Source: Geopsychrobacteraceae bacterium
GTDB taxonomy: Bacteria; Desulfobacterota; Desulfuromonadia; Desulfuromonadales; Geopsychrobacteraceae
Assembly: GCA_963676795.2 (NCBI GenBank)
Contig: CAXXTB010000001.1
Location: forward strand, 896,001 to 960,000
Reading direction: 5' to 3'
Length of the DNA stretch: 64,000 nt
Below the pieces are notes generated by a model. It had not been told where the DNA came from. It was given only the letters and a program-made list of their open reading frames with translations, and made no database searches. Below are positions 54,066 through 63,370 of the stretch, one piece after another (within the stretch, counting starts at the first letter, position 1; each line of letters starts with the position of its first letter). The translations under genes and the position numbers were made by a program.

Positions 54066-54293
54066 TCAGGTGAGTTTTTCCAGGCCGATAAAGCGCTGCT
54101 GTTCGTCGATACTGATTCTGAAGCGGCCGGAGATCCCGCTTCTGGTCAGAAAGGGGCGCAAGCGTGAGGCCGGAAAGCGCAGACGATTGCCGCATTCGGA
54201 CAGCACCTGGACGCTGCTGGCCGCGCCCTGGTAATAGCGCAGATACTGATCGGCGCTGATATTCAGCCTGAAGTTGTAGTGTTTCTGGGGCAT
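54066..54293 (-). CDS. DUF2835 family protein
   Basis: FRLNIS..YLRYYQG.A..V.V..G..LRFPA..LRPF...GISGRF pattern. Confidence 0.75.
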   Translation of the reverse strand: MPQKHYNFRLNISADQYLRYYQGAASSVQVLSECGNRLRFPASRLRPFLTRSGISGRFRISIDEQQRFIGLEKLT

Positions 54294-54346
54294 AATGGTT
54301 CCGGATCGGTTTTGGACAAGGACGAAACGACGGGGTAGATTATAGC

Positions 54347-54550
54347 ATGCTGGTTTATAAAGTTGTGGAAACAAGTCAGGTCGATGACCAGAGTATTGAA
54401 GATATTCTCAATGACTGGACGCGTCAGGGCTGGGTTTTTGAGGGGATGCACTTCGCCATGCGCGAAGCCAGCCGTCGCCCGGGGATGGCGTTCATCACCT
54501 TTACCCGGGAAGCGGAGTTTCCCGCTGAAAACGGCCCTTTTTCGTCGTAG
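54347..54550 (+). CDS. DUF4177 family small protein
   Basis: YKVVE..IEDILNDW..QGW..F pattern. Confidence 0.7.
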   Translation: MLVYKVVETSQVDDQSIEDILNDWTRQGWVFEGMHFAMREASRRPGMAFITFTREAEFPAENGPFSS

Positions 54551-54646
54551 CGGCGTCGATCTGCGAAATAACTTGTGCGGCGTACCGGTGTACGCCTCCG
54601 CGTCATTTTTGATCTCCTTGCTACAACGAAAAATTGCTCGTTTTCA
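54526..54646. repeat. MITE-like palindromic element overlapping the DUF4177 3' end
   Basis: Imperfect TIRs TGAAAACGGCCCTTTTTCGTCGTAGC / GCTACAACGAAAAATTGCTCGTTTTCA; central GGCGTAC-CGGT-GTACGCC. Confidence 0.65.
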
Positions 54647-54690
54647 TTCTGAAAACTGTATTGTTTGAAAGGCTCAGACGAATAGAACTA

Positions 54691-55656
54691 TCAGTAACTT
54701 AATCCGCCTTTTTTGCGCACCTTGCGCAGGGTCTTGTTGGCGACGTAGCGGGCCTTGTCGGCACCGTCGGCGAGGACCTTGCGCAGCTGCTCCTTGTCGG
54801 CCAGCAGGGCATTGCGCTTTTCGGCGTAGGGGGCGAAGAAGTCGCGGACCATTTCAAACAGTTCCTGTTTGACGTCGCCATAGCGCAGGCCGGGGGTCAG
54901 GTAGCGCTGACGCAGAGAGGCCTGGCCGGCCTCATCGAGGAACAGGCGGTAGATCTGGAACAGGTTGCAGTTGTCCGGATCTTTTGCTTCTTCGACCGGT
55001 GTCGCGTCGGTGACAATGCGCATGACCTGTTTGCGCAGCGCTTTTTCATCGAGGAACAGGTCGACGGTGTTGCCGTAGCTTTTGCTCATCTTGCGGCCGT
55101 CGAGTCCAGGAACCGTGGCGACATCGTCGTCGATCTCGGGATCGGGCAGGGTGAAGACGTCACCGTATTCGTTGTTGTATTTGATGGCGATATCGCGCGC
55201 GACCTCAAGGTGTTGCTTCTGGTCCTTGCCGACCGGGACTTTTTCGCTCTGAAAGAGCAGAATGTCCGCCGCCATCAGGACCGGGTAGGCAAACAGGCCG
55301 TGGTTCGGCTTGATCCCCTGGGCGACCTTGTCCTTGTAGCTGTGGCAGCGTTCCAGCAGCCCCATCGGGGTGAAGTTCGACAGGACCCAGGCGAGTTCCT
55401 GAACTTCCGGAACGTCGGACTGGACCCAGAAAGTGCTTTTCTCCGGGTCGAGGCCCAGCGCCAGGAAGTTGGCCGCCGCCTCCAGGGTACCGGTCGCCAG
55501 CGCCTTGCCATCGGTGACGCTGGTCATGGCGTGATAGTTGGCGATGAAGCAGAACAGCTCCTGCTGTTCCTGGTGCTCGATCATCTTCTTCATCATGCCG
55601 AAAAAATTGCCAAGGTGCAGGGCGCCGGATGGCTGAATGCCCGAAAGAATACGCAT
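54691..55656 (-). CDS. trpS: Tryptophan--tRNA ligase
   Basis: SGIQPSGALHLGN, YPVLMAADIL, VPVGKDQ and KMSKS motifs. Confidence 0.97.
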   Translation of the reverse strand: MRILSGIQPSGALHLGNFFGMMKKMIEHQEQQELFCFIANYHAMTSVTDGKALATGTLEAAANFLALGLDPEKSTFWVQSDVPEVQELAWVLSNFTPMGLLERCHSYKDKVAQGIKPNHGLFAYPVLMAADILLFQSEKVPVGKDQKQHLEVARDIAIKYNNEYGDVFTLPDPEIDDDVATVPGLDGRKMSKSYGNTVDLFLDEKALRKQVMRIVTDATPVEEAKDPDNCNLFQIYRLFLDEAGQASLRQRYLTPGLRYGDVKQELFEMVRDFFAPYAEKRNALLADKEQLRKVLADGADKARYVANKTLRKVRKKGGLSY

Positions 55657-55810
55657 TTTTCTTTTCTCCGTTGCTGATCGGTTTAAGAATCCGGGAGGGA
55701 TGTTTTTTCTCTTCGGATCCTTCGAAGCGGGCTCGAATCTAGCAGATCGCTTCGCTCAAGGTCAATCTTTTGCCCGCGTGGTGCGGCAGTTTTTGGAATG
55801 CAGGCAGGCT

Positions 55811-56713
55811 ATGTCGAAAGCTCTCCTTCTATTGAGTCTTCTCCTTCTGGTTGTTGCGGCGCAACTCTGGGCCTGGTCGCCACGCCTTGAGTCTCAGGCC
55901 CGCCTGCCGCATGCCAACTATCGGGGGGTGATCGGCGAAAACCGGGTCTATCTGGTCGGGGTTGGGGAGAGCCTGGTTGAAATCGCACACCGGAGCGGTC
56001 TTTCCTACCAGGGGCTGGTCCAGGCGAATCCTGATGTGCCGCCCTGGACCCCTGAACCGGGGACTCAGCTGACCTTGCCCTATGCGCTGTTGCTCCCGGA
56101 AGGGCTGCAGCCCGGCATCACGGTGAACCTGGCCGAATACCGGCTCTACCTGCTCTGGCAGCAGGGGGCTGATTATTTTATCCGCACCTATGCGATCGGC
56201 CTGGGGCAGGAGGGGTGGGAGAGTCCGCTGGGTGATTATCGGCTGACCAGTATTATCGAGAACCCGTCCTGGACGCGGCCGCCGGCACTCCGTCAGGAGG
56301 CCCCCGCTGCTCCGGTGATTGTTCCACCCGGCGAGGCGAATCCCCTCGGGCACTACTGGCTCGGACTTTCTTTGCCCGGTTACGGCATCCATGGAACCAA
56401 TCGCCCCTATGGCATCGGTCGCCGCGTCAGTCATGGCTGTATCCGGCTCTATGCGGCCGACATTGAAGACCTGGCCAGGCGGGTGGAGATCGGTATGCCG
56501 GTCCGCCTGATCTATCAACCGGTCAAGATTGGCTGGCAGGATGGTCGGGTACTGCTTGAGGTTCATCGGGACTACCTGGGCAAAGGAGGGCTGACTGCTG
56601 AGCAGGTCATGGCAAAATTGCAGTCAGAAGCCCCCGGGCAGAGGTTGAGTCTGGCTCTGATTGAAGACGAACTTTCAGCTGTACACGGAACGCCGCTCGT
56701 GGTGTCGGAATGA
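55811..56713 (+). CDS. L,D-transpeptidase with LysM-like domain (ErfK/YbiS-like)
   Basis: Signal peptide; ANP..W; NLAEYRLY; NPLG; GIHGTN..SHGCIR catalytic motif. Confidence 0.92.
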   Translation: MSKALLLLSLLLLVVAAQLWAWSPRLESQARLPHANYRGVIGENRVYLVGVGESLVEIAHRSGLSYQGLVQANPDVPPWTPEPGTQLTLPYALLLPEGLQPGITVNLAEYRLYLLWQQGADYFIRTYAIGLGQEGWESPLGDYRLTSIIENPSWTRPPALRQEAPAAPVIVPPGEANPLGHYWLGLSLPGYGIHGTNRPYGIGRRVSHGCIRLYAADIEDLARRVEIGMPVRLIYQPVKIGWQDGRVLLEVHRDYLGKGGLTAEQVMAKLQSEAPGQRLSLALIEDELSAVHGTPLVVSE

Positions 56714-56732
56714 TCCACAAGGGACTCTTCGC

Positions 56733-56760
56733 TTGACTGGGAATGGAAGTCCAATATAAT
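56733..56760 (+). promoter_or_regulatory. sigma70 promoter of the histidine kinase
   Basis: TTGACT-16 bp-TATAAT. Confidence 0.6.
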
Positions 56761-56826
56761 AAACAGATATTAATCTCTTGGCTTGCATGTTATCCAATTC
56801 TCTGACAACAGGTTGGCACAAGACGA

Positions 56827-59394
56827 ATGGACAAATCTTCCAACATCTATTCTCTGATCTACCGCAGCTACCTGGTCAGTGCGCTGATTCCGATCATCGT
56901 CATTGAGGTTGTGCTGCTGCTGCTCTATTTTGGCGTCAACCTCTATATCTCTTCACGTAACGAACAGTTACTGCTCACCGAAGCGGTCAATGAAATTCAT
57001 GAGATTACCGCCCGCGAAGTCGCCAATATCGATATCCGTCTGAACGAGATCTCCCGCCTTGCCCTGATCATGCAGGACGATCATCAGCGGTTTTTTGCCG
57101 GCATGACAGGTTGTGCTCTGCCCCAGGGTGAGCCGGTTTTTGCGACTCACGACAATGGTGCCTATTTCAAGGTCAAGGATAATGGCGGCGCTTCTCTGTA
57201 CTATGCCAGTAGCACCTCTATCGGAGAAGATGAACGCACTAAAGCCCGCTGCAGCGAGGTGCTTGATCCGCTGTTGAAGTCGATTGTGCGCAATAACCCT
57301 CTGGTCACCCAGGCCTATCTGAATACCGCCGATGATATGAACCGACTCTACCCCTTCATGCCAGATGCACCAGGTCAGTACGGGGCATCGATCAACATGG
57401 AGGATTTCAATTTTTATTATCTGGCAGATGCAGCGCGTAATCCGGCCCGTACCCCGGTCTGGACCGGTGCCTATCTCGATCCGGCCGGTCAGGGGTGGAT
57501 GATCTCGGCGATCGTGCCGATTTATCGCGGTACGACCCTCGAAGGGGTGAGTGGCCTGGACGTCACCATCGGTTCCTTTGTCGACAAGATTCTCAATCTG
57601 CAGATGCCCTGGCAGGCCAGTGCCATGCTGGTGGATGGCGAAGGGATGATCCTGGCCATGCCGCAGACTCTGGAACAACTGATCGGGGTGCACGAACTCA
57701 AAGATCACGTCTATGCGGAAAATATCAAAACCACCGTGGCAAAACCGCAGGAGTTCAACCTGCTCAGCCTGGGCGATGAGCGGACGCAGGCCCAGTTCAG
57801 GACGCAGTTTGAACAGACCCAGGGGCTGGCGACCTACCGCTTTGAGGGGGTTGATTACCTGGTCCGCCAGGAACAGGTCGCTGAGACAGGCTGGCGGCTT
57901 TTGACCTTTATCGAGAAGGACCGGGTCTTAAGCCCCGTAATCAGTCTGAAGGCACTCAGTAGCCGCCTGGGTTACGCGGCGATCCTGGTCATGGTCCTCT
58001 TCTATGTGCTGTTCTTCCTCTACCTGATGCGCAAGTCACGCAAGTTGTCCGCGACGATCTCCGCACCGCTCGAAACCCTGACCCAGGTGACTCAGGATCT
58101 TGGTAAAAATCTCCAGGTTGAAACGCTGGAACCGGTCGGAATCCGTGAGATAGACAGGCTCAGCAGGAATTTCAACCGTATGAAGCACGCTCTCGACATG
58201 CGCGCCGATGCCCTGGTTCTGGCCAAACAGACCGCCGAGCAGGCCAACAGCGTCAAGAGCCAGTTTATTGCAACGGTCAGTCATGAACTCAGAACGCCGT
58301 TGAACGCAATCTTTGGTCTGACGCACCTTGGGCTCAAACACGAACCGTCGAGTCGCCAGCGTGAGTACCTGGAAAAAATCGAGTCGTCGAGCAATCTGCT
58401 TCTGCAGCTGATCAATAACATCCTCGATTTTTCCAAGATTGAAGCGGACAAGATGGTTCTGGAACGCTCTCCTTTCAATCTGGATGAAGTGGTCCAGCAG
58501 TTTGCCAGCATGGTCGGTGAGCTGATCGGCGACAAGGAGATCCGCTTGCTGCTCGATGTGCCTGAAAGCGTGCCGCGCCACCTGCTTGGCGACTCTTTAC
58601 GGATCAGTCAAATTCTGCTCAATTACGGGAGTAACGCGGTGAAGTTTACCGAGCGGGGGGAGATCGTTCTCAAGCTCGAAGTGCAGGACCGGATGGACGA
58701 CAAGGTTGTTCTTTATGGAGAGGTCAGGGATACCGGACTCGGGATAGCTGCAGAGCAGCAGTCGTTGCTGTTTGAATCTTTTCAGCAGCTCGACATGTCG
58801 TCAACGCGCAGTTACGGCGGGACCGGGCTTGGCCTGGCGATCTGTAAAAGCCTGGCTGAACTGATGGGGGGCAGGGTCGGTGTCGAGAGTCGCCCGGGGG
58901 AAGGCAGCCGCTTCTGGTTTACTGCTCAGGTTGGTCTCCTGGAGGGCGAAGAAGAGGGGCTGGCCACGGCCGGGACAACCAGTGACTTGAGTTTCCGGTT
59001 ATTGCGCAATGTCATCGAGGATCGCGGCGGGGCAAGTATTCTGGTCGTTGAGGATAATGAGATCAACCGGGACGTGGCGCAGGCCCTGTTGGAAGAAGCC
59101 GGTATCTGTGTGACCCTGGCGGAAAATGGTGAAATTGCCCTGCAGCGGCTTTCTGAGGGGGAGTTTGACCTGATCCTGACTGATGTGCAGATGCCGGTGA
59201 TGGATGGTATTACGGCTACGGAAAAGATCCGTCACGATCTGAACAACAAGTCGATTCCGATTATCGCCATGACCGCCAATACCTCCCCCTTTGACAAGAA
59301 TGAATGTCTGGCGGCGGGGATGAACGGTTTCGTCGACAAGCCCCTCAAGCCGCAGCGGCTCTGGGGGATTCTGCTCGACTGGCTGGATTATTAG
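56827..59394 (+). CDS. Hybrid sensor histidine kinase (Cache-HAMP-HisKA-HATPase-REC)
   Basis: Two TM helices; WTGAYLDP Cache motif; SHELRTP; NAVKFT; DTGLG; GGTGLGL; REC motif DVQMP. Confidence 0.93.
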   Translation: MDKSSNIYSLIYRSYLVSALIPIIVIEVVLLLLYFGVNLYISSRNEQLLLTEAVNEIHEITAREVANIDIRLNEISRLALIMQDDHQRFFAGMTGCALPQGEPVFATHDNGAYFKVKDNGGASLYYASSTSIGEDERTKARCSEVLDPLLKSIVRNNPLVTQAYLNTADDMNRLYPFMPDAPGQYGASINMEDFNFYYLADAARNPARTPVWTGAYLDPAGQGWMISAIVPIYRGTTLEGVSGLDVTIGSFVDKILNLQMPWQASAMLVDGEGMILAMPQTLEQLIGVHELKDHVYAENIKTTVAKPQEFNLLSLGDERTQAQFRTQFEQTQGLATYRFEGVDYLVRQEQVAETGWRLLTFIEKDRVLSPVISLKALSSRLGYAAILVMVLFYVLFFLYLMRKSRKLSATISAPLETLTQVTQDLGKNLQVETLEPVGIREIDRLSRNFNRMKHALDMRADALVLAKQTAEQANSVKSQFIATVSHELRTPLNAIFGLTHLGLKHEPSSRQREYLEKIESSSNLLLQLINNILDFSKIEADKMVLERSPFNLDEVVQQFASMVGELIGDKEIRLLLDVPESVPRHLLGDSLRISQILLNYGSNAVKFTERGEIVLKLEVQDRMDDKVVLYGEVRDTGLGIAAEQQSLLFESFQQLDMSSTRSYGGTGLGLAICKSLAELMGGRVGVESRPGEGSRFWFTAQVGLLEGEEEGLATAGTTSDLSFRLLRNVIEDRGGASILVVEDNEINRDVAQALLEEAGICVTLAENGEIALQRLSEGEFDLILTDVQMPVMDGITATEKIRHDLNNKSIPIIAMTANTSPFDKNECLAAGMNGFVDKPLKPQRLWGILLDWLDY

Positions 59395-59467
59395 TTCGGC
59401 GCTTAAGCGCCATTCCGTGTTGACCCGTTCAGAACAGAAAATCACAGCTTGTTTCAATCTCTTTCAT

Positions 59468-59812
59468 CAAAACTCCGCGATGCGGAGTTTGTGCGGTTCT
59501 GCCCGTGTGATGAGCTTGCTCATCGCAGGGCGCGTGGTCAGGCGCCCTGCGGGGGCAAGACCCCGTGGTTTTGATCTTAAATAACAGCATGAACAAACAT
59601 CAAAATCAGAACCGGCGGGTCCCGGCCCGCCAGCCGGGTTCATTTTCTTTGTGGCGACAAAGAAAACGGAACCAAAAGAAAGCGCTTCAAATACGCTGAG
59701 GTAGTTTGTTTCTGAGGCTTTTCGCAGTCTTGGGGTTGCTATTCTCTACTCGCTCAGACGAGTCGCTATGCGCCTCTGATTCGCGCAATCGCAATGCCGG
59801 TTCCCGGCATGA
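59468..59812. repeat. Hairpin-rich intergenic element
   Basis: Stems include AAACTCCGC/GCGGAGTTT, GCAGGGCGC/GCGCCCTGC, TTTTCTTTGT/ACAAAGAAAA and ATGCCGG/CCGGCAT; no credible ORF. Confidence 0.5.
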
Positions 59813-59821
59813 TGAGCTTGG

Positions 59822-59862
59822 AACGTAAAACGCCCGACCAGAATGGTCGGGCGTTTTACGTT
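59822..59862. terminator. Terminator of the lipoprotein gene (bidirectional)
   Basis: AACGTAAAACGCCCGACCA-GAA-TGGTCGGGCGTTTTACGTT perfect 19-bp stem. Confidence 0.85.
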
Positions 59863-59883
59863 TATATGCATTGATGAAGCGGG

Positions 59884-60198
59884 TTACTTCTGTTGGCTCA
59901 GTTCGAAAGCCTTGGCAGATTTTGCTGCGCTTTCTTCTGCTGCTCTGGCGGCCGCTTCAGCACGCGCAGCTGCGGCTTCGGCCTGTTTGGCGGCCGCTTC
60001 AGCGCGGTCGATAGCCGACATCGCCTGTTGTGCGGAATTGGCTGCACTTGTTGCTGAGGCTTCAGCCTGCTGGCTGGCCTGCAGCGCCTGGTCCAGTTTG
60101 GTCTGATCTGCCTCGTTCAGGGTTGCGGTCGATGCACAACCGGCAAGAAAGAGCAGTCCCAGTCCGGCGCTCGCGATCAGTATTTTTGTCGTTTTCAT
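59884..60198 (-). CDS. Lpp/OprI-like alanine-zipper lipoprotein
   Basis: AAGGAGG RBS; lipobox LAGC; Ala-rich heptad coiled coil; C-terminal Lys. Confidence 0.82.
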   Translation of the reverse strand: MKTTKILIASAGLGLLFLAGCASTATLNEADQTKLDQALQASQQAEASATSAANSAQQAMSAIDRAEAAAKQAEAAAARAEAAARAAEESAAKSAKAFELSQQK

Positions 60199-60283
60199 TT
60201 GTCCTCCTTGGTCATTTGGTTATTGGTCGCATAGTAAATAGAGATATCAGCAAATCCGCCGATGTCAACCGCGGCCAGTCCTG

Positions 60284-60502
60284 CTACTGATTCTGCTGCA
60301 TCATGCTGGCAAGTTGCAAGAGCTGCTGCAGGTCCATACCACTCTGTTTGAGGATGCCCAGCAGCACGGGGAACAGCTGGAGCATGAAGCCCGGTTCCTT
60401 GATCAGGTCTTTGCTCAATTCCGGCAGTGTGCCCAGCACAAAGGCTTTTTTCTCTTCCATACTCAAGGCGAGCAGGGCCGCCTTTATCTCTTCAACTGTC
60501 AT
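60284..60502 (-). CDS. Hypothetical 72-aa helical protein downstream of lon
   Basis: AAGGAGG RBS; 16 bp after the lon stop; MTVEEIKAALLAL... Confidence 0.7.
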   Translation of the reverse strand: MTVEEIKAALLALSMEEKKAFVLGTLPELSKDLIKEPGFMLQLFPVLLGILKQSGMDLQQLLQLASMMQQNQ

Positions 60503-60518
60503 TGATCCCTCCTTATGT

Positions 60519-62954
60519 TCAGGCTTTCGCCGGAAAGGCAATTTTAAAGACTTCAGGATATTTTTTAACGAAATGCACATCGATCCCTTCCCTCAGGTAG
60601 TCCGGCAGATCGTCGTAGTCCTTTTTGTTTTCATAAGGGAAGATCAGGGTCGTCAGCCCGGCCCGGCGGGCGGCAATGGTCTTCTCCTTGACGCCGCCGA
60701 TCGGCAGCACGCTGCCGGTCAACGACAGTTCGCCGGTCATGCCGAGTTTCTTGAGGATCGGGCGCTCAAGGATCATCGACAGCAGGGCCGTGGTCATGGT
60801 GATTCCGGCAGACGGGCCGTCCTTCGGTGTTGCCCCGGCCGGAACGTGCAGGTGGATGAAGTGAGTGTCGAAGTAATCTTCATCGATCTTGTAGTCCTGC
60901 AGGTGGCCCATGACGTAGGAATAGGCGATCTCGGAGCTTTCGACCATAACCTTGCCAAGTTGGCCGGTCTGCTTGAAGCCTTTGCCCTTGCTCTTCATCG
61001 CGGTCGCCTCGATCTGCAGGGTCGCTCCGCCCATGCGCGTCCAGGCCAGTCCGGTGACAACCCCCGGAGCATCGCTTAACAGCTCCTCCTCGGCGAAGAT
61101 CGGTTTGCCGAGGTAATGCTCGACATCCTTCTTGCCGACGGTGATCTTTTCGGTCCGGCCTTCGGCAAACTCACGGGCGGCACGGCGCATGATCTTCTTG
61201 ATCATGTTATCCAGGTTGCGGACCCCGGCCTCACGGGCGTAGCGGTCGATGATGTCGGCCAGGGCGGCTTTGTGGATGCTGATTTGATCGCGGCTCAGGC
61301 CGTGATTCTCGAGCGCTTTGGGCACCAAGTAACGGCGGGCGATCTCTAGCTTCTCCTCGAGGATATAGCCGGACAGGCGGATCACCTCCATCCGGTCGAG
61401 CAACGGGGCCGGGATGGTGTCGAGCTGGTTGGCCGTGGCGATGAACAGGACGTTCGACAGGTCGAAGGGAACATCCAGGTAGTGGTCACGGAAGGCGCCG
61501 TTCTGTTCCGGGTCGAGAACCTCGAGCAGCGCCGAGGCCGGATCGCCCTGAAAGGAGGCCCCGATCTTGTCGATTTCGTCAAGCATCAGGACCGGGTTTG
61601 CGGTGCCGGCACTCTTCATCGCCTGGATCGCTTTGCCCGGCATGGCGCCGATGTAGGTGCGGCGATGGCCTTTGATTTCGGCCTCGTCACGCATGCCACC
61701 GACCGAGAAACGGTAGAATTTGCGCTTTAAGGCATCGGCGATGCTCTTGCCGATTGAGGTCTTGCCGACCCCCGGAGGGCCGACCAGGCAGAGGATCGAA
61801 CCGGAGATGTCGCCCTTCATCTTGCCGACGGCGATAAATTCGAGGATGCGATCCTTGACGTCCTCCAGACCGTAGTGGTCACGGTCGAGAACCCGCTTGG
61901 CCCGCTTCAGGTCGTAAGAGTCCTTGCTGAACTTGCCCCAGGGCAGGATGGTCAGCCAGTCGAGGTAGTTGCGGCTGACATTGTATTCCGGTGAGGAAGG
62001 TTCGATCAGCGACAGCTTCTCGATCTCCTCGTCGACCGCTTTCTGGGCTTCGTCGTTGAGGGTCAGTTTTTTCAGGCGCTGCTGGTATTTTTCGATCTCC
62101 GATTCTTTCCCCTCTTTTTCCAGCCCCAGTTCGCGCTTGATCGCCTTGAACTGTTCGCGCAAGAAAAATTCGCGCTGCTGGTTGGAGACCTTTTCCTCGA
62201 TCTGCTGGGAAATCTTGGTCTGCAGGCGCGAAACCTCCAGCTCTTTCTTGAGCAGCACCAGGACCTTGTCGATACGCCGGTGGACATCGAAGGTCTCCAG
62301 GACATCCTGCAGTTCGAAGCCGTCGGCATTGGTCAGGTTGGCAGCGAAGTCGGTCAGGCGGGCCGGGTCGTCCATGCTCGAACGGCCGAGGAACAGCTTG
62401 ATCTCTTCCGAATAGAGCGGGTTGATCTGGACCAGCTCCTTGAGGGTCGAAATGATCGCCATCGAATAGGCCTGCAATTCCGCATCGTCACGTGATTCAG
62501 CGGTCAGCAGATAGGCGACATCGGCGTAGATGATGTCGTTGATGTTGTGGATCTCTTCGATACTGAAGCGCTCGAGGCTGTTAACCAGGATATGGGCGCT
62601 CTTCTCATCGGTGTGGATCAGCTTGAGGATCTTGGCCGCGACACCGACCGGTTGCAGGTTGGTGGTTGAATCGTCGGCGTGGAGATCCTGGACCATGACC
62701 AGACCGATCGACTGAGATTCGGTTTCCATCGCCTGCTTGATGGTTTTCACCCGCGCTGCACCGGTGACGGTCAACGGAATGATGACCCCCGGGAAGGCCG
62801 GGCGGGGGCGCAGCGGAATGATCGGCAGGCGCGACGGCAGCATGTCGCGGGCCAGAACCAGACCGTCATCCGGCACGGCGTGGACATCGGCATCGGTTTC
62901 AACTTCTATTTCGTATTCGATGGATTCATCGTGATCTTCAAAATTATCGTGCAT
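60519..62954 (-). CDS. lon: ATP-dependent protease La
   Basis: GPPGVGKTS, GHRRTYIGAMPG, LDEIDK and PKDGPSAG (catalytic Ser) motifs. Confidence 0.97.
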   Translation of the reverse strand: MHDNFEDHDESIEYEIEVETDADVHAVPDDGLVLARDMLPSRLPIIPLRPRPAFPGVIIPLTVTGAARVKTIKQAMETESQSIGLVMVQDLHADDSTTNLQPVGVAAKILKLIHTDEKSAHILVNSLERFSIEEIHNINDIIYADVAYLLTAESRDDAELQAYSMAIISTLKELVQINPLYSEEIKLFLGRSSMDDPARLTDFAANLTNADGFELQDVLETFDVHRRIDKVLVLLKKELEVSRLQTKISQQIEEKVSNQQREFFLREQFKAIKRELGLEKEGKESEIEKYQQRLKKLTLNDEAQKAVDEEIEKLSLIEPSSPEYNVSRNYLDWLTILPWGKFSKDSYDLKRAKRVLDRDHYGLEDVKDRILEFIAVGKMKGDISGSILCLVGPPGVGKTSIGKSIADALKRKFYRFSVGGMRDEAEIKGHRRTYIGAMPGKAIQAMKSAGTANPVLMLDEIDKIGASFQGDPASALLEVLDPEQNGAFRDHYLDVPFDLSNVLFIATANQLDTIPAPLLDRMEVIRLSGYILEEKLEIARRYLVPKALENHGLSRDQISIHKAALADIIDRYAREAGVRNLDNMIKKIMRRAAREFAEGRTEKITVGKKDVEHYLGKPIFAEEELLSDAPGVVTGLAWTRMGGATLQIEATAMKSKGKGFKQTGQLGKVMVESSEIAYSYVMGHLQDYKIDEDYFDTHFIHLHVPAGATPKDGPSAGITMTTALLSMILERPILKKLGMTGELSLTGSVLPIGGVKEKTIAARRAGLTTLIFPYENKKDYDDLPDYLREGIDVHFVKKYPEVFKIAFPAKA

Positions 62955-63178
62955 GAAAGCTACTCCATTGAGATTGCTGGAAAACTGGTTTTGGAGCTGG
63001 GCGAATATCGCTTATGGTTGAAATTACTAGTAACCCTTTTTTCTTGTCAAGATAACATACTTTGCAAAAACTGCGCAGCGTTCGCTTGCGACTTTCCCTT
63101 TGAGGGAGGCTGTGGAATAATCGAGCTGCCTCAGTTGGTGGTTTTGCTTCAGGTAAAGAGCTAACCTCGACTCTGATT

Positions 63179-63280
63179 CCTTCTCTCTGGGGGAGAAGGT
63201 GCCCCAAAGGGGCGGATGAGGGGGCTTGGCCGCTGGAGTTTTCCCCCTCACCCTGGCCCGCTCCCTCCAGGGAGAGGGGA
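63179..63280. repeat. Inverted pair of REP-like GC-rich palindromic units
   Basis: CCTTCTCTCTGGGGGAGAAGG..GGATGAGGGGG and CCCCCTCACCC..CTCCCTCCAGGGAGAGGG. Confidence 0.65.
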
Positions 63281-63370
63281 CGGCTTGGCTTGTCAGTAAT
63301 TTTGATGTTTTGCCCGGACCTATGTATTTTTGATACATAGGCTGGTTTATTTTCCTGCGAAAGGGTCCTC

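Noticed and set aside
62955..63120. CIRCE or sigma32 heat-shock element upstream of lon
   Set aside because: No TTAGCACTC-N9-GAGTGCTAA or CCCCAT box; only a TTGACA with an ambiguous -10
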